A stretch of 64,000 bases of DNA from Squalus acanthias (Eukaryota). The DNA is taken from the NCBI GenBank assembly GCA_030390025.1, contig CM059435.1, forward strand, positions 18,476,001-18,540,000, given 5' to 3'. The notes beneath the pieces were generated by a model that was given only the letters and a program-made list of their open reading frames with translations, searched no databases and was not told the origin of the DNA. Each line of letters begins with the position of its first letter. Position 1 is the stretch's first letter. Shown here piece by piece: positions 12,958-24,179 of the stretch. The position numbers and the translations under genes are program-made.

Positions 12958-13995
12958 GGCCCCTGCCAGTGCTACAAACACGAATCAACCCAGCACGCAA
13001 CCCCTAAGCCGGCCAAGGCACCAATAATTCCAACCACCAGCCATGTATATTTTGAATACAGAAACTTATTTATTGTACAAACTCTGTGTGTGTCAATTCC
13101 TCATGACAAACTCATAGAAATAAACACAAAAAAACAGTCAATAACATAACTGGTTCTCACAACCTGGAGATAATGTCCAAAACACTAAACAAAAGTTGGG
13201 CCATGAACCTCGGCCTTTAATAAAAAAATGACCAGCATTTTGGCACACCTCCTACTTTTTGCCCTTCGAGGGTGATCTCCTTCCCTTGCGCACTTCCCCC
13301 TTCTAACCCTACTGCTCCTCCGTAATGGGACCTCAGTGGCTGCAGCAAGGCTGGTGGAAGGCTGCTGCTTGTCAGACCCTGACACTGCAGATGCCCCTGA
13401 AGGACGGCCTCGACCACTTCTGGGCCTGGAGGGCCCGGCTGCAGACTGCACCAACTCTGCATGGGCGGCAGCAGTCTGTCCTATAGGCGGTGGCAAGTGC
13501 AGTGGAGAAGTGACAGTGTTGGCAGCAGGAATGCTGTCATCGTGAGAGAGGACAGCAACTCCCTGCTCGCCCGACACACTGGCACTCCCACGGGGCAGCA
13601 CTTCAGCATCCGGAGCAATTTGCCGGAGAACAGATTGCTGGCCTGCTGCGGCGCGGTGACAGCCCCGGGGACATGTGCACGAACCATCGAGGATGGCAGC
13701 AGTCAGTGCTCGCGTGGCCTCAATCTGAGTCTGCATGAGAGCAGTCTCAGATGGGTTCCTGGCAGCCAGTGACTGAATTGCAGCAGTAAGCTTTAGTGTG
13801 GCATCCGCCTGTGCTACAGCGAAGTGCTCCACACTCCTTGCCAGTGCCGCAATGCATTCGGGCACCCTTCCCACTGCACCCATGAGCTCAGTGTGCATGC
13901 CCACCGCCTGGCTGTTCATTTCTGCAATCAGCCGCTCCTCCTCTGCGTCCATTTCATTAGGAGTGTCTGGCATACTCTCCCTCTGGGGAGAAGGC

Positions 13996-14170
13996 TCCCG
14001 TTCTTCCCTCCCCCCCCATGGCGTTGCTGCAGCCCGCTGGGTCCTGGAACTTCACCATCATCAGCCCCTTCCCCCCTGCTCCCCCGTTCTTCCCTCCCCC
14101 CCCAATGGCGTTGCTGCAGCCCGCTGGGTCCTGGAACTTCACCATCATCAGCCCCTTCCCCCCTGCTCCC
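13996..14170. repeat. 87-bp tandem duplication in Myb exon 3 (copy 1 only)
   Basis: atggcgttgctgcagcccgc at 14018 and 14105; single copy in Harbinger 2. Confidence 0.9.
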
Positions 14171-14673
14171 CTCCGGGGAAGGCGTGTGCCCAGTGTGGCC
14201 ATGGGCTTCCTCGGGAGAGGGTGGCACTGATGCTCCGGCTTCCTCTTCCTCCTCAGCTGCAGCATCACTCCCAGTGGCAGCTTCAGGGACCATCTCCTCA
14301 GCTGGTGAATCACCATCTGAAAGCAGGGAGGTACAAGAGTGGCTTTAGCGTGAGGACAGGGTGGCAGTAAGGGAGGAATAAGTGCAGCGAGTTAGCAAGT
14401 TGGATTGAAAGTGTCAAAGGCTGGTATTGTGAGGGACAAGTGGAAGGACAGAGGACAAAAAGGTGATGACCTTACCATTGCTGTCCACAACGGGGTCGGC
14501 GTCTCCAGTGGCGACGGGACCGATCACCCGGCTTGCCACAATCCTGTGGACGCGCTCCTCCAGATCGCTGAGAGGTTGCAGCTGAAGCCGCCCTCTACCC
14601 GTCCGTTGCTGCTGTCTCCGATTATGAGCCAGCTTAGCCTGCAAGAAAAAGGACAGCATCTGAGTCAATATAC

Positions 14674-14889
14674 AGCCATGGTCTTGCCTGATGTGCCTCC
14701 CATAGGTGAATAGCCCTTACAATATGCAGCCATGGTCTTGCCTGATGTGCCTCCCATAGGTGAATAGCCCTTACTGTATGCAGCCATGGTCTTGCCTGAT
14801 GTGCCTCCCATAGGTGAATAGCCCTTACTGTATGCAGCCATGGTCTTGCCTGATGTGCCTCCCATAGGTGAATAGCCCTTACTGTATGC
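14674..14889 (-). repeat. 4 x 54-bp tandem array in Myb intron 1 (copy 1)
   Basis: Unit gcatacagtaagggctattcacctatgggaggcacatcaggcaagaccatggct. Confidence 0.97.
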
Positions 14890-15708
14890 AAAGTGTGGAA
14901 TGTGTGTGTGTGTTTGATGAAAGGGCCATAGGTGTTGCATGAGTGTTGTGCATTGGGGTTTTAAGACCCTCTGGCCATAGAGTGAGGTTGAGATGGAGGG
15001 ATGGAGAGGTATTGAGAAAAAGCCACTCACCCTGACGACCCGAGTGAGGTCGTTGAACTTTTTGCGGCACTGGACATGGGTCCTGGGCACCATGCTCCTG
15101 GAGGAGACGCTCTGAGCCACCTCCCTCCACACTCTTCTGAACTCGCGTGGCAAAGGCCTCCTGCCACTCTCCGGGAACAGCATGCATCGTCTGCGCTCCA
15201 CTGCGTCAACCAGAGCATCCAAGGCCCACTCGGTGAAGCGATGAGCGCGTTCTCTCACCCTCTCCATGCTTGGCAGCAAAATGGATTACAGGTCTCTCCA
15301 GGCTGAGATTCAAGGCTGCAATGAGCAGGGTGTGGCTGGGGAGCAAGTGGCCCCCCCCGCTTTAAGAAGTGTCCGGCGCCAGTGTGTCTGTGTTCCCTCG
15401 CTAACTGGCAGCAGCTGCGCTGCGCTCGTGCGCTGAGGTAGCGCCTCACTCCTAGGCCTTTGCGCCTTAAGAGAGGTGTGCAGCGCCTAATTTAGCGCTC
15501 CACTCACCTCCCGGGGCGGTAAAAGTGAAGTTTCCTGTCAGTGCCGATAATTAGCGCCAGGCGCTAATATTTGCGCGCGGACGATATTTGCGCCCCAAAT
15601 GGGGCGCGACCTAATTTCTACCCCAAGGTGCCTTAAAGGCAAGGTGCTCGATATATTGTCCACGGACGGAAAAGTGGATCATGCCCGTTTAGGTGGCGAT
15701 CCGCCACA

Positions 15709-15720
15709 CAGCTCCCCCCA
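15709..15720 (-). other. Polypurine tract
   Basis: TGGGGGGAGCTG immediately before the 3' LTR. Confidence 0.8.
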
Positions 15721-15728
15721 GAATCCGC

Positions 15729-18700
15729 TTAGGAGGTGTGGACGAGACGGTGCGGCGGTCTGATGGGCCGGCCGGAGCGGCTCTTGTAGGACGCCGGTGG
15801 ACGTGGAACGGCCGGGCGTGGAGCAGCCGGGTGAACCGGCTTGAGGGCAGGTTGGCCGCGTGGTGGTGGACGAGCTACAGGGACCTGCTCACCGGGCTCC
15901 GAGTGTGCTGGCTTGAGTCGGTCAACCGACACTTTTTCGGTCCTGTCGCCCAGTTGCAGGGTGAAAAATTTGTCCCCAGCCTGTAGCACCTTGTAGGGCC
16001 CGTCGTACAGGGGTTGAAGGGGTCCGCGGTGGGCGTCGTGCCGGACGAAAACGAACCGTGCCTGGTGCAGGCTTAGTGGGACGTGTGAGGTGGATTCGCC
16101 GTGTCGGGCAATGGCCACCGGGGCGAACTGCAGCACCGGTGAGGCAAAGTCGTGGCGTTGCTGGTCGGCTGACCAGGGTGTCGTGGCGGTGGGCAGGAAC
16201 TCGCCGGGTACGCGCAGCGGCTGACCGTACACGAGCTCTGCTGCCGATGCGTGGAGGTCTTCTTTAACCGCAGTGCGCAGGCTGAGGAGGACCCACGGAA
16301 GTCGGTCGGTCCAGGCGCCATCCTGGAGGCTGGCTCGAAGAGATGCCTTCAAGGATCTGTGGAACCGCTCACACAGTCCGTTGGCTTGGGGGTGGTACGC
16401 TGTGGTGCGGTGAATGGTCACCCCGAGATTGCGTGCGACGGCGGTCCAGAGTTCAGAGGTAAATTGCGGACCTCTGTCCGACCTCATGTCGGAGGGGACG
16501 CTGAACCGTGCGACCCAGGTGCTGACGAAGGCTCTGGCGATGTCGGCGGTGGTGGTAGAGGTCAGTGGAATTGCCTCGGGCCAGCGCGTGCTGCGGTCAA
16601 CGATCGTCAGCAAGTGCGTGTGGCCTTGCGACGGTGGCAGGGGCCCGACAATGTCCACGTGGATGTGGTCGAATCTCCGCGAGGGGACGGTAAACTCCTC
16701 GAGGGGTGCTTTCGTGTGTTGCTGTACCTTGGCCCATTGGCAGGCTAGGCAGGAGTTGGCCCAAGTACGCACATCCTTGCGAAGGCCGCGCCAGACAAAG
16801 CGGTTGGCTACCAATTTGATGGATGCGCGGGCGCCGGGGTGGGAGAGGTTGTGGAGAATGTCGAATACCCGGCGGCGCCAGGACGCTGGGACGATGGGCC
16901 GAGGTTGACATAGGGATATGTCGCACTTGACCGTGACTGCGGTCGGGCCACAGGCGACGTCGGCCAGGCGTAGCCCTGGTAGGATGGTAGGTGCAGAGAG
17001 CAGATCAGGGTCGGTGATCTGGTCTGCTGCGAGTTGAGCGTAGTCGACTGCCAGGTGTGCGGCGTGGATGGCGGGGTGGGAGAGGCAGTCGGCTACCACA
17101 TTGTCTCGGCCGGAGACGTGTTGGATGTCCATGGTGAACTCGGACACTGCCGCGAGCTGGCGCTGCTGCCTGGCGGACCAGGGGTCAGTTGTCTTTGCCA
17201 TTGCGAATGTCAGGGGCTTGTGGTCGACAAACGCAGTGAAGGGGTGGCCCTCCAGCAAAAACTGAAAATGGCAGACCGCCAGGAACAGCACGAGTAGCTC
17301 GCGGTCGAAGGTGCTGTACTTGACCTCCGGCGGGCGTAGTTGGCGGCTGAAGAAGGCAATTGGTTGCCAGGCGCCGTCGACCCACTGCTCATACACGGCG
17401 CCGACCGTGTGGTCGGAGGCGTCCGTGGTGAGCGCTACCCTGGCATTGGGCCGTGGGTGCGCGAGCAGGGTGGTGTTGGCGAGCGCGGTCTTGGTGGAGT
17501 CGAAGGCGGCGGACGCGTCTGCCGTCCATTCGACCGCCATCTTGCCGCTCCTGCCCCGGAGGGCTTCATACAGGGGCCTCATGAGGGACGCCGCTTTGGG
17601 GATGAAGCGGTTATAGAAATTCACCATCCCGAGGAACTCCTGGAGGCCTTTGATGGTGGTGGGGCGGGGAAATTGTTGGACGGCCTGCACCTTGGTGGGC
17701 AGGGGAATGGCCCCAGCATGGGTGATGTGCTGGCCGAGGAAGTCGATCTTGTCCAGGCTGAACTGGCATTTGGCTGGGCTGAGGATGAGCCCGTGGTCGC
17801 TGAGGCGCCCGAACAGGATGCGAAGGTGTTCGAGGTGTTCCTGCTTGGAGGAACTGGCTACCAGGATGTCGTCCAGGTAGACGAACAGGAACTTCAGGTC
17901 CCGAAGGACCGAGTCCATGAGCCGTTGGAATGCCTGGGCCGCGTTTTTGAGGCCGAAGGGCATCCGCAGGAACTCGAACAGGCCGAAGGGGGTGATTACG
18001 GCCGTCTTGGGGACGTCCGCGGGGTGGACGGGGACTTGGTGGTAGCCGCGCACCAGGTCGACCTTGGAAAAGACTGAGCGGCCGGCCAGTCTAGCCGAGA
18101 AGTCCTGAATGTGTGGCACGGGGTACCGATCAGGGGTGGTGGCATCGTTGAGGCGCCGGTAATCCCCGCAGGGGCGCCAACCCCCGCCTGGTTTGGGGGC
18201 GATGTGGAGTGGGGAGGCCCAGGGACTGTTGGAGCGGCGGATGATGCCGAGCTGTTCCATGGTGGCAAACTCGGTCCGCGCGATCTCCAGTTTGGCCGGG
18301 TCCAGCCTGCGGGCGTGGGCGTACACTGGGGGGCCTGTGGTGGGGATGAAGTGTTCCACCCCGTGTTTGGCGGCCTCCGCGGAGAAGGTCGGATTGGTAA
18401 GGGCCGGGAATTCGGCCAGGAGTGCCGAGTAGTCATCCGTGGCCCGGGCGTGGCACTGTGACGCCATGTCGGCGGGTTGACGGGGGGCCATGGCGCCCAG
18501 GATGGGGGACATGGTGTTCATGTCCACGAGGCGGTGACGAGGGATGTCTACCAGTAGGCCGTGGGCGCACAGGAAATCTGCGCCGATGAGAGGGGAGAGC
18601 ACCTTGGCAGTGATGAACTCCCATCGGTAGCGGCGACCAGCGAGGTCGAGGGTGACTGTCAGGGTGCCATACGTCCGGATTTCCGAGCCGTTAGCAGCAG

Positions 18701-19541
18701 CCAGCGCCGGTCCTCGTTCGCCCTTTTGGATGTCGAGGGAGGAGGCCGGGATGATGCTGTGCTGAGCTCTAGTGTCGCACAGGAACCGGCGGCCAGTTTT
18801 GTCATCCGTGACGTACAGCAGGGAGCCCGCGTGGCCCACGGCCATCGCGGGGGCTGGTACGGGGGCGGACTTGAAAGAGCAGGGAGGTGTGCACCGTTGT
18901 GCCCTGGCGCCGAACCGTGCGTAGTAGTAACAGTGGCCCGGGTTAGTGGGGCGCGAAGGCCCCGTGGGTCTGGTGGCTGGTCCTTGTGGCCGCGTGGTGG
19001 CCGGTGGGGGGCGCGCCCAGGCATTGGCTGCCAGGTCCGGAGTGACGTCGCGGCTGGAGTGAGCGGACAGCAGCTTGTCGGCCTCATCGGCCAGGGCTTC
19101 CAGGTTCGTGAGGCCGGACGCCACGATCGCTGGGCGGATGCTGAGAGGGAGCTGGCGGATGAACAGCGTACGGAAGAGGGATCCGGGTGGGCTCTCGTCG
19201 GTGAGGGAGAGCATGTGGGAGAGGAGGTCTGATGGTGAGGCATCACCGAGGCCTGGAAGGTCGAGGAGGTGGCTGTTTCGCTGATATGCCGAGGCCGTAA
19301 ATTTTTTAAGGAGCGCTGCCTTGAGATGTGCATACTTGCCTTCCTCTGGTGGGTTCTGCAGCGCTGTCCAAAGCTTCGAAACTGTGGCGCTACCGAGTGA
19401 TGTGACGAGGTAGTCGTACTGCGTCCCATCTGTGTTGATGTTTCGCAGCTAGAAGCGGGATTCAGCTTGGAGAAACCAGGCTTCGGGCTGGTTTTCCCAA
19501 AACTCCGGCAGTTTCACGGAAACTGCGTTCGTGTCCGCCAT
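15729..19541 (-). pseudogene. Gypsy gag-pol, single frame with one premature stop
   Basis: ATG at 19541 (MADTNAVSVKLPEFW), TAG at 19449-19451, then in frame with the 1161-aa ORF 15729-19214. Motifs: protease DTRA, RT YLDD, RNase H TDAS, integrase HHCC and D,D-35-E. Confidence 0.92.
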
Positions 19542-19566
19542 TGTAGTGCTCGGAATATGTTCTGAG

Positions 19567-19580
19567 CGTCGGGGTCACCA
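19567..19580 (-). other. Primer-binding site, tRNA-Trp
   Basis: TGGTGACCCCGACG, 1 nt inside the 5' LTR, complementary to the eukaryotic tRNA-Trp 3' end. Confidence 0.88.
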
Positions 19581-19581
19581 A

Positions 19582-19827
19582 TGTTGAGGCTGCCGCGAAA
19601 CACGAATTAAGACTGAATCCATGTGTGGGAAACAAAGGCTTTTTAATACAACTGCATGGTCCAAAACTGCTGAACCGAAAGCTCCTAGAATTCTCTGGCA
19701 AACCCTGAGGCCCCGCCCACTCCTTTTCTCCTGCCTTAAAGGCAAGGTGCCTTAAAGGCAAGGTGGTCTACATATTGTCCACGGACGGAAAAGTGGATAA
19801 TGCCCATTTAGGTGGCGATCCGCCACA
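19582..19827 (-). repeat. 5' LTR of the Gypsy element
   Basis: Direct repeat of 11118-11282 plus 15628-15708, about 8 substitutions in 246 bp. Confidence 0.95.
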
Positions 19828-20582
19828 ATGTACTATTTTCTTTGCCAAAAGTCTCTAATGTGGTACTTTATCAACTGTTTTTTGAAAATCCATACAAACC
19901 ACATCCATTGTACTTCCTTTACCTATCCTCTCTTTTTTGTCTTCAAGGACGTCTATAAGGTTGGTCAAGCATAACCTGCTCTTTAGAAATCTGTCTCAGT
20001 GGGCTTTGATTAGCTCATACTTCTCCAACTTTTAGTAATTATCAGAAAGAAATAGTACAGGTATTATAGACTCTAGTCATTTACCAACAACTGAAGTAAG
20101 ACTAACTGGCCTATAATTTCTTGGCCTCTCCCTGGCACCTTTTTTTCAAGAGAGGAGTCATATTTACCACTTTCCGTTCCTTAGCCACAATTTTCCTTCC
20201 ATAGAATTTTAGAAAATTATAGTCACAGCCTCTATTATTTCTTCCCTAGCTTCCTTCCAGTTTTGCAGATGTCACTGACTTATTAATGTTAAGTTTGAGT
20301 ATCTTCTTTAGTACCATCTCTCTTTGAATAATAACCTCCAATAACTGACTTACACTCACCTCTCGTAGTTTCACAATCCTAATGTCCATTTATTCTGGAA
20401 AAACTGAGCATTTATTTAGTATCTCTGTCTTTCCCTCATCTCAAGCTTGCCTTCTTCATTTCTTTGTAGCCCTTCCGTGATATTGCTGTTACCACGAATG
20501 GCCCTTTGCAAAACCTCTTTATTACCCTTCATGCTTTTTCCAAGTTTTCTCCCATACTCCCTCTTTGCCTCTCTAACTTAAG

Positions 20583-21322
20583 GGCCCAAAAATTCGTGAG
20601 GAAGCCTTTGTGCGAGGGTAAGGCCTCCCCGCGATCTCTCACTCCGCGTTGGCTTTTTCAGTTCCAGCTCGCACGAACTTGATGTTCTGGACAGCTGCTG
20701 TGCTGGGCTTGCGTATCCCACAGGCGTAGTTAATTCGTGCGAGCTGTGGGATCACGTGACTCAGTTAGAGCCAATGGCAGCACACCATCTTCCATTCATA
20801 ACTTTCACATAAGTGCTGTGAAAGTTATGAATACTATAGCCCCCCAAAAGAACCGCTAAACCTCAATTAAATAAAAAAAAAAAATCACATTAATAAAATA
20901 AGTATAGTTAAATAAATTAACCATTTTAAATAAAAAATTAAATTTTTGAAAATTTTTTAAATCTTTTAAAAAGTTATAAAAATAAACTTACCTGTCTTTA
21001 AAGTCTCTAAAAAAGATATACCTGTTAAAAAAAATCAAAATAATACTTAATTCACTACTTACCTTGTTAAAAGTGGGTCTTACTCCTCCTTTTTTTATGT
21101 GTAGAATCTTCCGTACTTACCTGCGCGTTGAAACCACTAAGTGCACAGCGTGCGCGCAGCCTGTAGCGCGCACGCGGTTCACCTAGGACCCGCCCCCTTT
21201 TCCATTCACCAAGTGCCGGTTTTCAGCGCATGCGCAGTGCATGCAGAAAACCGGCAATTGGAGACAGAATACGCGAGAGTACGCAGTGCGTACTCTCGCG
21301 TAGCGGCACGAATTTTTGGGCC
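20583..21322. mobile_element. MITE, probably Harbinger-type
   Basis: Perfect 16-bp TIR GGCCCAAAAATTCGTG, AT-rich core, internal palindrome at 21214-21256. Confidence 0.8.
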
Positions 21323-21795
21323 ATTGGTTTACTTTTTATTATCTGCCATGTAAACGTTAAGTTCTTTTTTTTAATTTTAACTAATCATAGATACCAATTG
21401 TGCCTTCAAACAAGTTTTCAGGTTTCTTTCAGCTTAAGACTAAATCAAACACATAGCACAAATTCCCTAATTTTCCTATAGCTTATCAACTTCACTCAGT
21501 TCTCCTCACCTAGTTGTGTGCAGGTTGCTTCTTTCTATCAACATGGGAACCTTGCCAGCACTGTGCTGCATCCCAGAAAATAAAGAAAAGATTTGCACAC
21601 CTATGAAACAGACAGAATAACTCATCCGTGTCATCAAGTTCCAGACATTCTTTCACTTGTATGAAAGGTTGTCATAACAACTCACTTACACCTGCAGCTC
21701 TGGTGTGCCATGGATTTTTAACACTCATGAAAGAAAGGCCATAACTCACCGTCCCCAGTGAGACCTTCCCCAAGTCTGATGTGGGGCATTTGTTA

Positions 21796-22225
21796 CATAG
21801 AAACATAGAATCTAGGAGCAGGAGTAGGCCATTCGGCCCGTCGAGCCTGCTCCACCATTCAATACGATCATGGCTGATCATCCAAATCCAGTACCCTATC
21901 CCTGCTTTAATCCCCACAGTACACATATTCCACCCTACCCCCATAACCCCACGTATTTAATTCCCCCTAACATATCCCATCCTATCCCCATAACCCCACA
22001 TATTTAATCCCCCCCTAACACTAAGGGTCAATTTATCATAGCCAAATCAACCTAACCCGCACATTTTTGGACTGTGGGAGGAAACCGGAGCACCCGGAGG
22101 AAACCCACGCAGACACGGGGAGAATGTGCAAACTCCACACAGACAGTCACCCGAGGTCAGATTCGAACCCGGGTCCCTGGCGCTGTGAGACAAGAGTGCT
22201 AACCACTATGCCACCGTGTTGCCCG
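21796..22225 (-). mobile_element. HE1-like V-SINE with CR1-derived tail
   Basis: tRNA-like head (GGCATAGTGGTTAGCA...GGTTCGAATC) at about 22150-22225, V-domain gtctgcgtgggtttcctccgggtgctccggtttcctccc, and a tail matching the CR1 end at 8170-8270. Confidence 0.85.
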
Positions 22226-22469
22226 TGTACTGAAAACACTGGGGTTTTTAGCTGGAGAATTAACTTCTCTACAATTTCGAAGATGATGTAGTTTGTTTCA
22301 ACTCTTACATTAAATTCACGTTGTCAGTTTGATTCACACTGTGATGTGTGAAGAATAGATTCTGTATACTTATAAAAATAAAATCCAGGGTACAAATGTT
22401 GCTTTAAATTTAAATATTTAAAGGAGCATTATCATCGGCGTTTGTGAGAATACTTATCAGATTAGCAAA

Positions 22470-22720
22470 CAGAATGAGTTTGGGTATGTCTTAAACAGGT
22501 TAATGTCCCTGATTTGGTACTAATTAGCACTCTCGCTCAGAAACGAGGGCTGGTGGGGACAATGCAAAAATATCACACTGGCGCAATATGGGATGCTGTT
22601 CCAAAGTTGGGGCTGATGCATGTTGTTAGGACGTAGTAGACGTAGCTTTACTCTGCATCTAGCTGTGCTACACCTGACCTGGGAATGTTTAATGTTGACA
22701 CTGGGTGCCAGAAATGGGAA
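22470..22720 (+). mobile_element. Degraded LF-SINE-like element
   Basis: aatgagtttgg, ttggtactaattagcac and ctgtgctacacctg resemble the LF-SINE as recalled. Related to 27199-27572. Confidence 0.4.
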
Positions 22721-23003
22721 GAGTCCCAACACTCACCTTGAGGAGCAAAATAAAAATTCCAAATCATTATGCAGTGTCGGAATTGGTATGGAAATGGGAG
22801 GTTTAAAGCTCCAAGATTATTTGAAACTAGCGGGAAATATCATAGAAGCATGAAGAAAATGGGGAGAGCTTTGAATTGGACCCAACTGAGCGCAATAGTC
22901 AGAACTGGAATTAACTCACTTTTAACCTGTCAGAATGTTTTAAAAGGAGATACAGCAGAAAATAAAACATTTGAAACCAGGAAAGCAAGGTTTCTGTAAC
23001 TTG

Positions 23004-23616
23004 GGGGGAAAATTGGGTGCTAACGTTGCCGGGGTGCTAAGTTAGCGCCCCTTCGCTGTAAATTCAGTAGTAGCGCCCCAAGCAGGAGGTGGGGCGCTAC
23101 TGGAAAGCACTCTACCTCCTGCTTGGGGCGCTACTACTGAATTTCGCAGCGTTACGTGCAGCAGTGCCAAACGGGGCGGCCCGTAGCGCCGCGTCATTGC
23201 AGGTCTCCTCCCCTGATTAAAGGGGAGGGGCCTAGTGCTGCATGCACCGGGGCCCTGCTGGACCACCAGGGAGCGGGGTGCCGTGAAAACAGCCCGGCAC
23301 TCAAGAGGAGCGCCGGGCTGAGCGATCACGGCCAGCACCCTGCATACAAAAGCGAAAGGGGGCAGGTGTTGGCAGTCGGCCAAAATTAAAATGGCCGCCC
23401 GACACCTGCCCTTTAACTTGCACCACCGCCGCTGCCAAACTGCCCCCTGATCCTGTCGCACATATCGTGCGGCGATAGGTCAGGGGGCGCAAGGGACGTT
23501 TGCTGAATTTCGCGGGAGGTGTTAGCAGTGCCACGCCCAGGCGCTAGGGGATTTGCGCCCCATTAACGCCCCCAGGGGCGCTAATGAGAGGCGCAAACCA
23601 ACCCAATTTTTCCTCC
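23004..23616. mobile_element. Harbinger-type MITE
   Basis: TIR GGGGGAAAATTGGGT / ACCCAATTTTTCCTCC, TSD TTG, GGCGCTA repeats. Confidence 0.82.
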
Positions 23617-23654
23617 TTGATGTGCTTTTGAACTAAATAAGAAGGAAAGAAATT

Positions 23655-23975
23655 CAAACCATAGAGGTTTATAGCACAGAAGGAAGCTATTCAACCAATC
23701 CTGTCTGCACCGGCTCTTTGCTGTTTTGTATAAATTCCACATTACTTCTTTACTCTTGTACTCTATTCTCCTATTTATAAAACCCAGCAATCTATTGAAC
23801 TTTTTATGGCTTTATGTACCTGCACTCACACTTTCAGAGAATTATGTATTTGAATCCCTAGGTCTCTCTCACAATCACGCCCTTCAGTGCCTAGCCATTA
23901 AATGCATTCTATCATTCCTTGCTTTTTCTCCTACAAGGTGTTATCTCACACTTTGATAGCTCCTTCAATTGCTTT
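23655..23975 (-). mobile_element. Decayed CR1 fragment
   Basis: Translates LGFINRRIEYKSKEVMWNLYK, with a CR1-like tail. Confidence 0.65.
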
Positions 23976-23994
23976 CAGGTCCAAGATTTTTTAA

Positions 23995-24179
23995 CACAAT
24001 AGCAAAATACTGCGGATGCTGGAAATCTGAAATAACAACAGAAAATGCTGGAAATACTCAGCAGGCCAGGCAGCATCAGTTCTGATGAAGGGTCCCAGAC
24101 CTGAAACGTTAATTCTGTTTCTCTCTCTCCACGGATGCTGCCTGGCCTGCTGAGTATTTCCAGCATTTTCTGTTGTTAG
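23995..24179. mobile_element. 185-bp Penelope-derived hairpin insertion with hammerhead core
   Basis: TSD CCAAGATTTTTTAA (23981-23994 and 24180-24193), perfect 45-bp arms at 24033-24077 and 24134-24178, CTGATGA...GAAACGTT in the loop. Confidence 0.85.

Larger units (their letters stand above)
13185..15267 (-). pseudogene. Harbinger Myb/SANT-like gene, 3 exons (15267-15031, 14638-14476, 14316-~13250), frameshifted
   Basis: RF...L..LV...W..VA...RT..QCRKKFNDL motif and GT-AG introns at the same positions as copy 2. -1 shifts in G-runs at 14010-14017 and near 13296-13300. Confidence 0.85.
11283..15624 (+). mobile_element. Full-length PIF/Harbinger DNA transposon, copy 1
   Basis: TIR GGGGTAAAAATT / AATTTCTACCCC, 3-bp TSD AAG confirmed against the intact 5' LTR, convergent transposase and Myb genes. 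Confidence 0.95.
11118..15708 (-). repeat. 3' LTR of the Gypsy element, split by Harbinger copy 1
   Basis: 11118-11282 joined to 15628-15708 reconstitutes the LTR. Confidence 0.93.
11118..19827 (-). mobile_element. Gypsy/Ty3 LTR retrotransposon, CsRn1/Kabuki-like clade
   Basis: TG...CA LTRs of 246 bp, TSD ATGT (11114-11117 and 19828-19831), tRNA-Trp PBS, PPT, domain order gag-PR-RT-RH-IN. Confidence 0.95.
9281..21490 (-). mobile_element. Old decayed CR1 hosting the Gypsy element and two MITEs
   Basis: Tail-like gaatcatagaat at 9281. Degenerate RPQLVYCVQF near 10580-10607, DVVCMDFQK near 19870-19907 and NYRPVSLT near 20095-20118. Outer boundaries approximate. Confidence 0.7.

Noticed and set aside
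14674-14889. 54-bp array as a CRISPR array
   Set aside because: Head-to-tail units with no spacers, no cas genes, eukaryotic transposon intron.
16058-19429. Many overlapping ORFs (e.g. 17340-18077, 18561-19232, 18659-19429) as extra genes
   Set aside because: Shadow ORFs of GC-rich gag-pol with no recognisable motifs.
22150-22225. tRNA gene (also the heads at 36372, 49115, 52628, 60284)
   Set aside because: Only A/B-box-like SINE heads followed by SINE bodies; no full cloverleaf seen.
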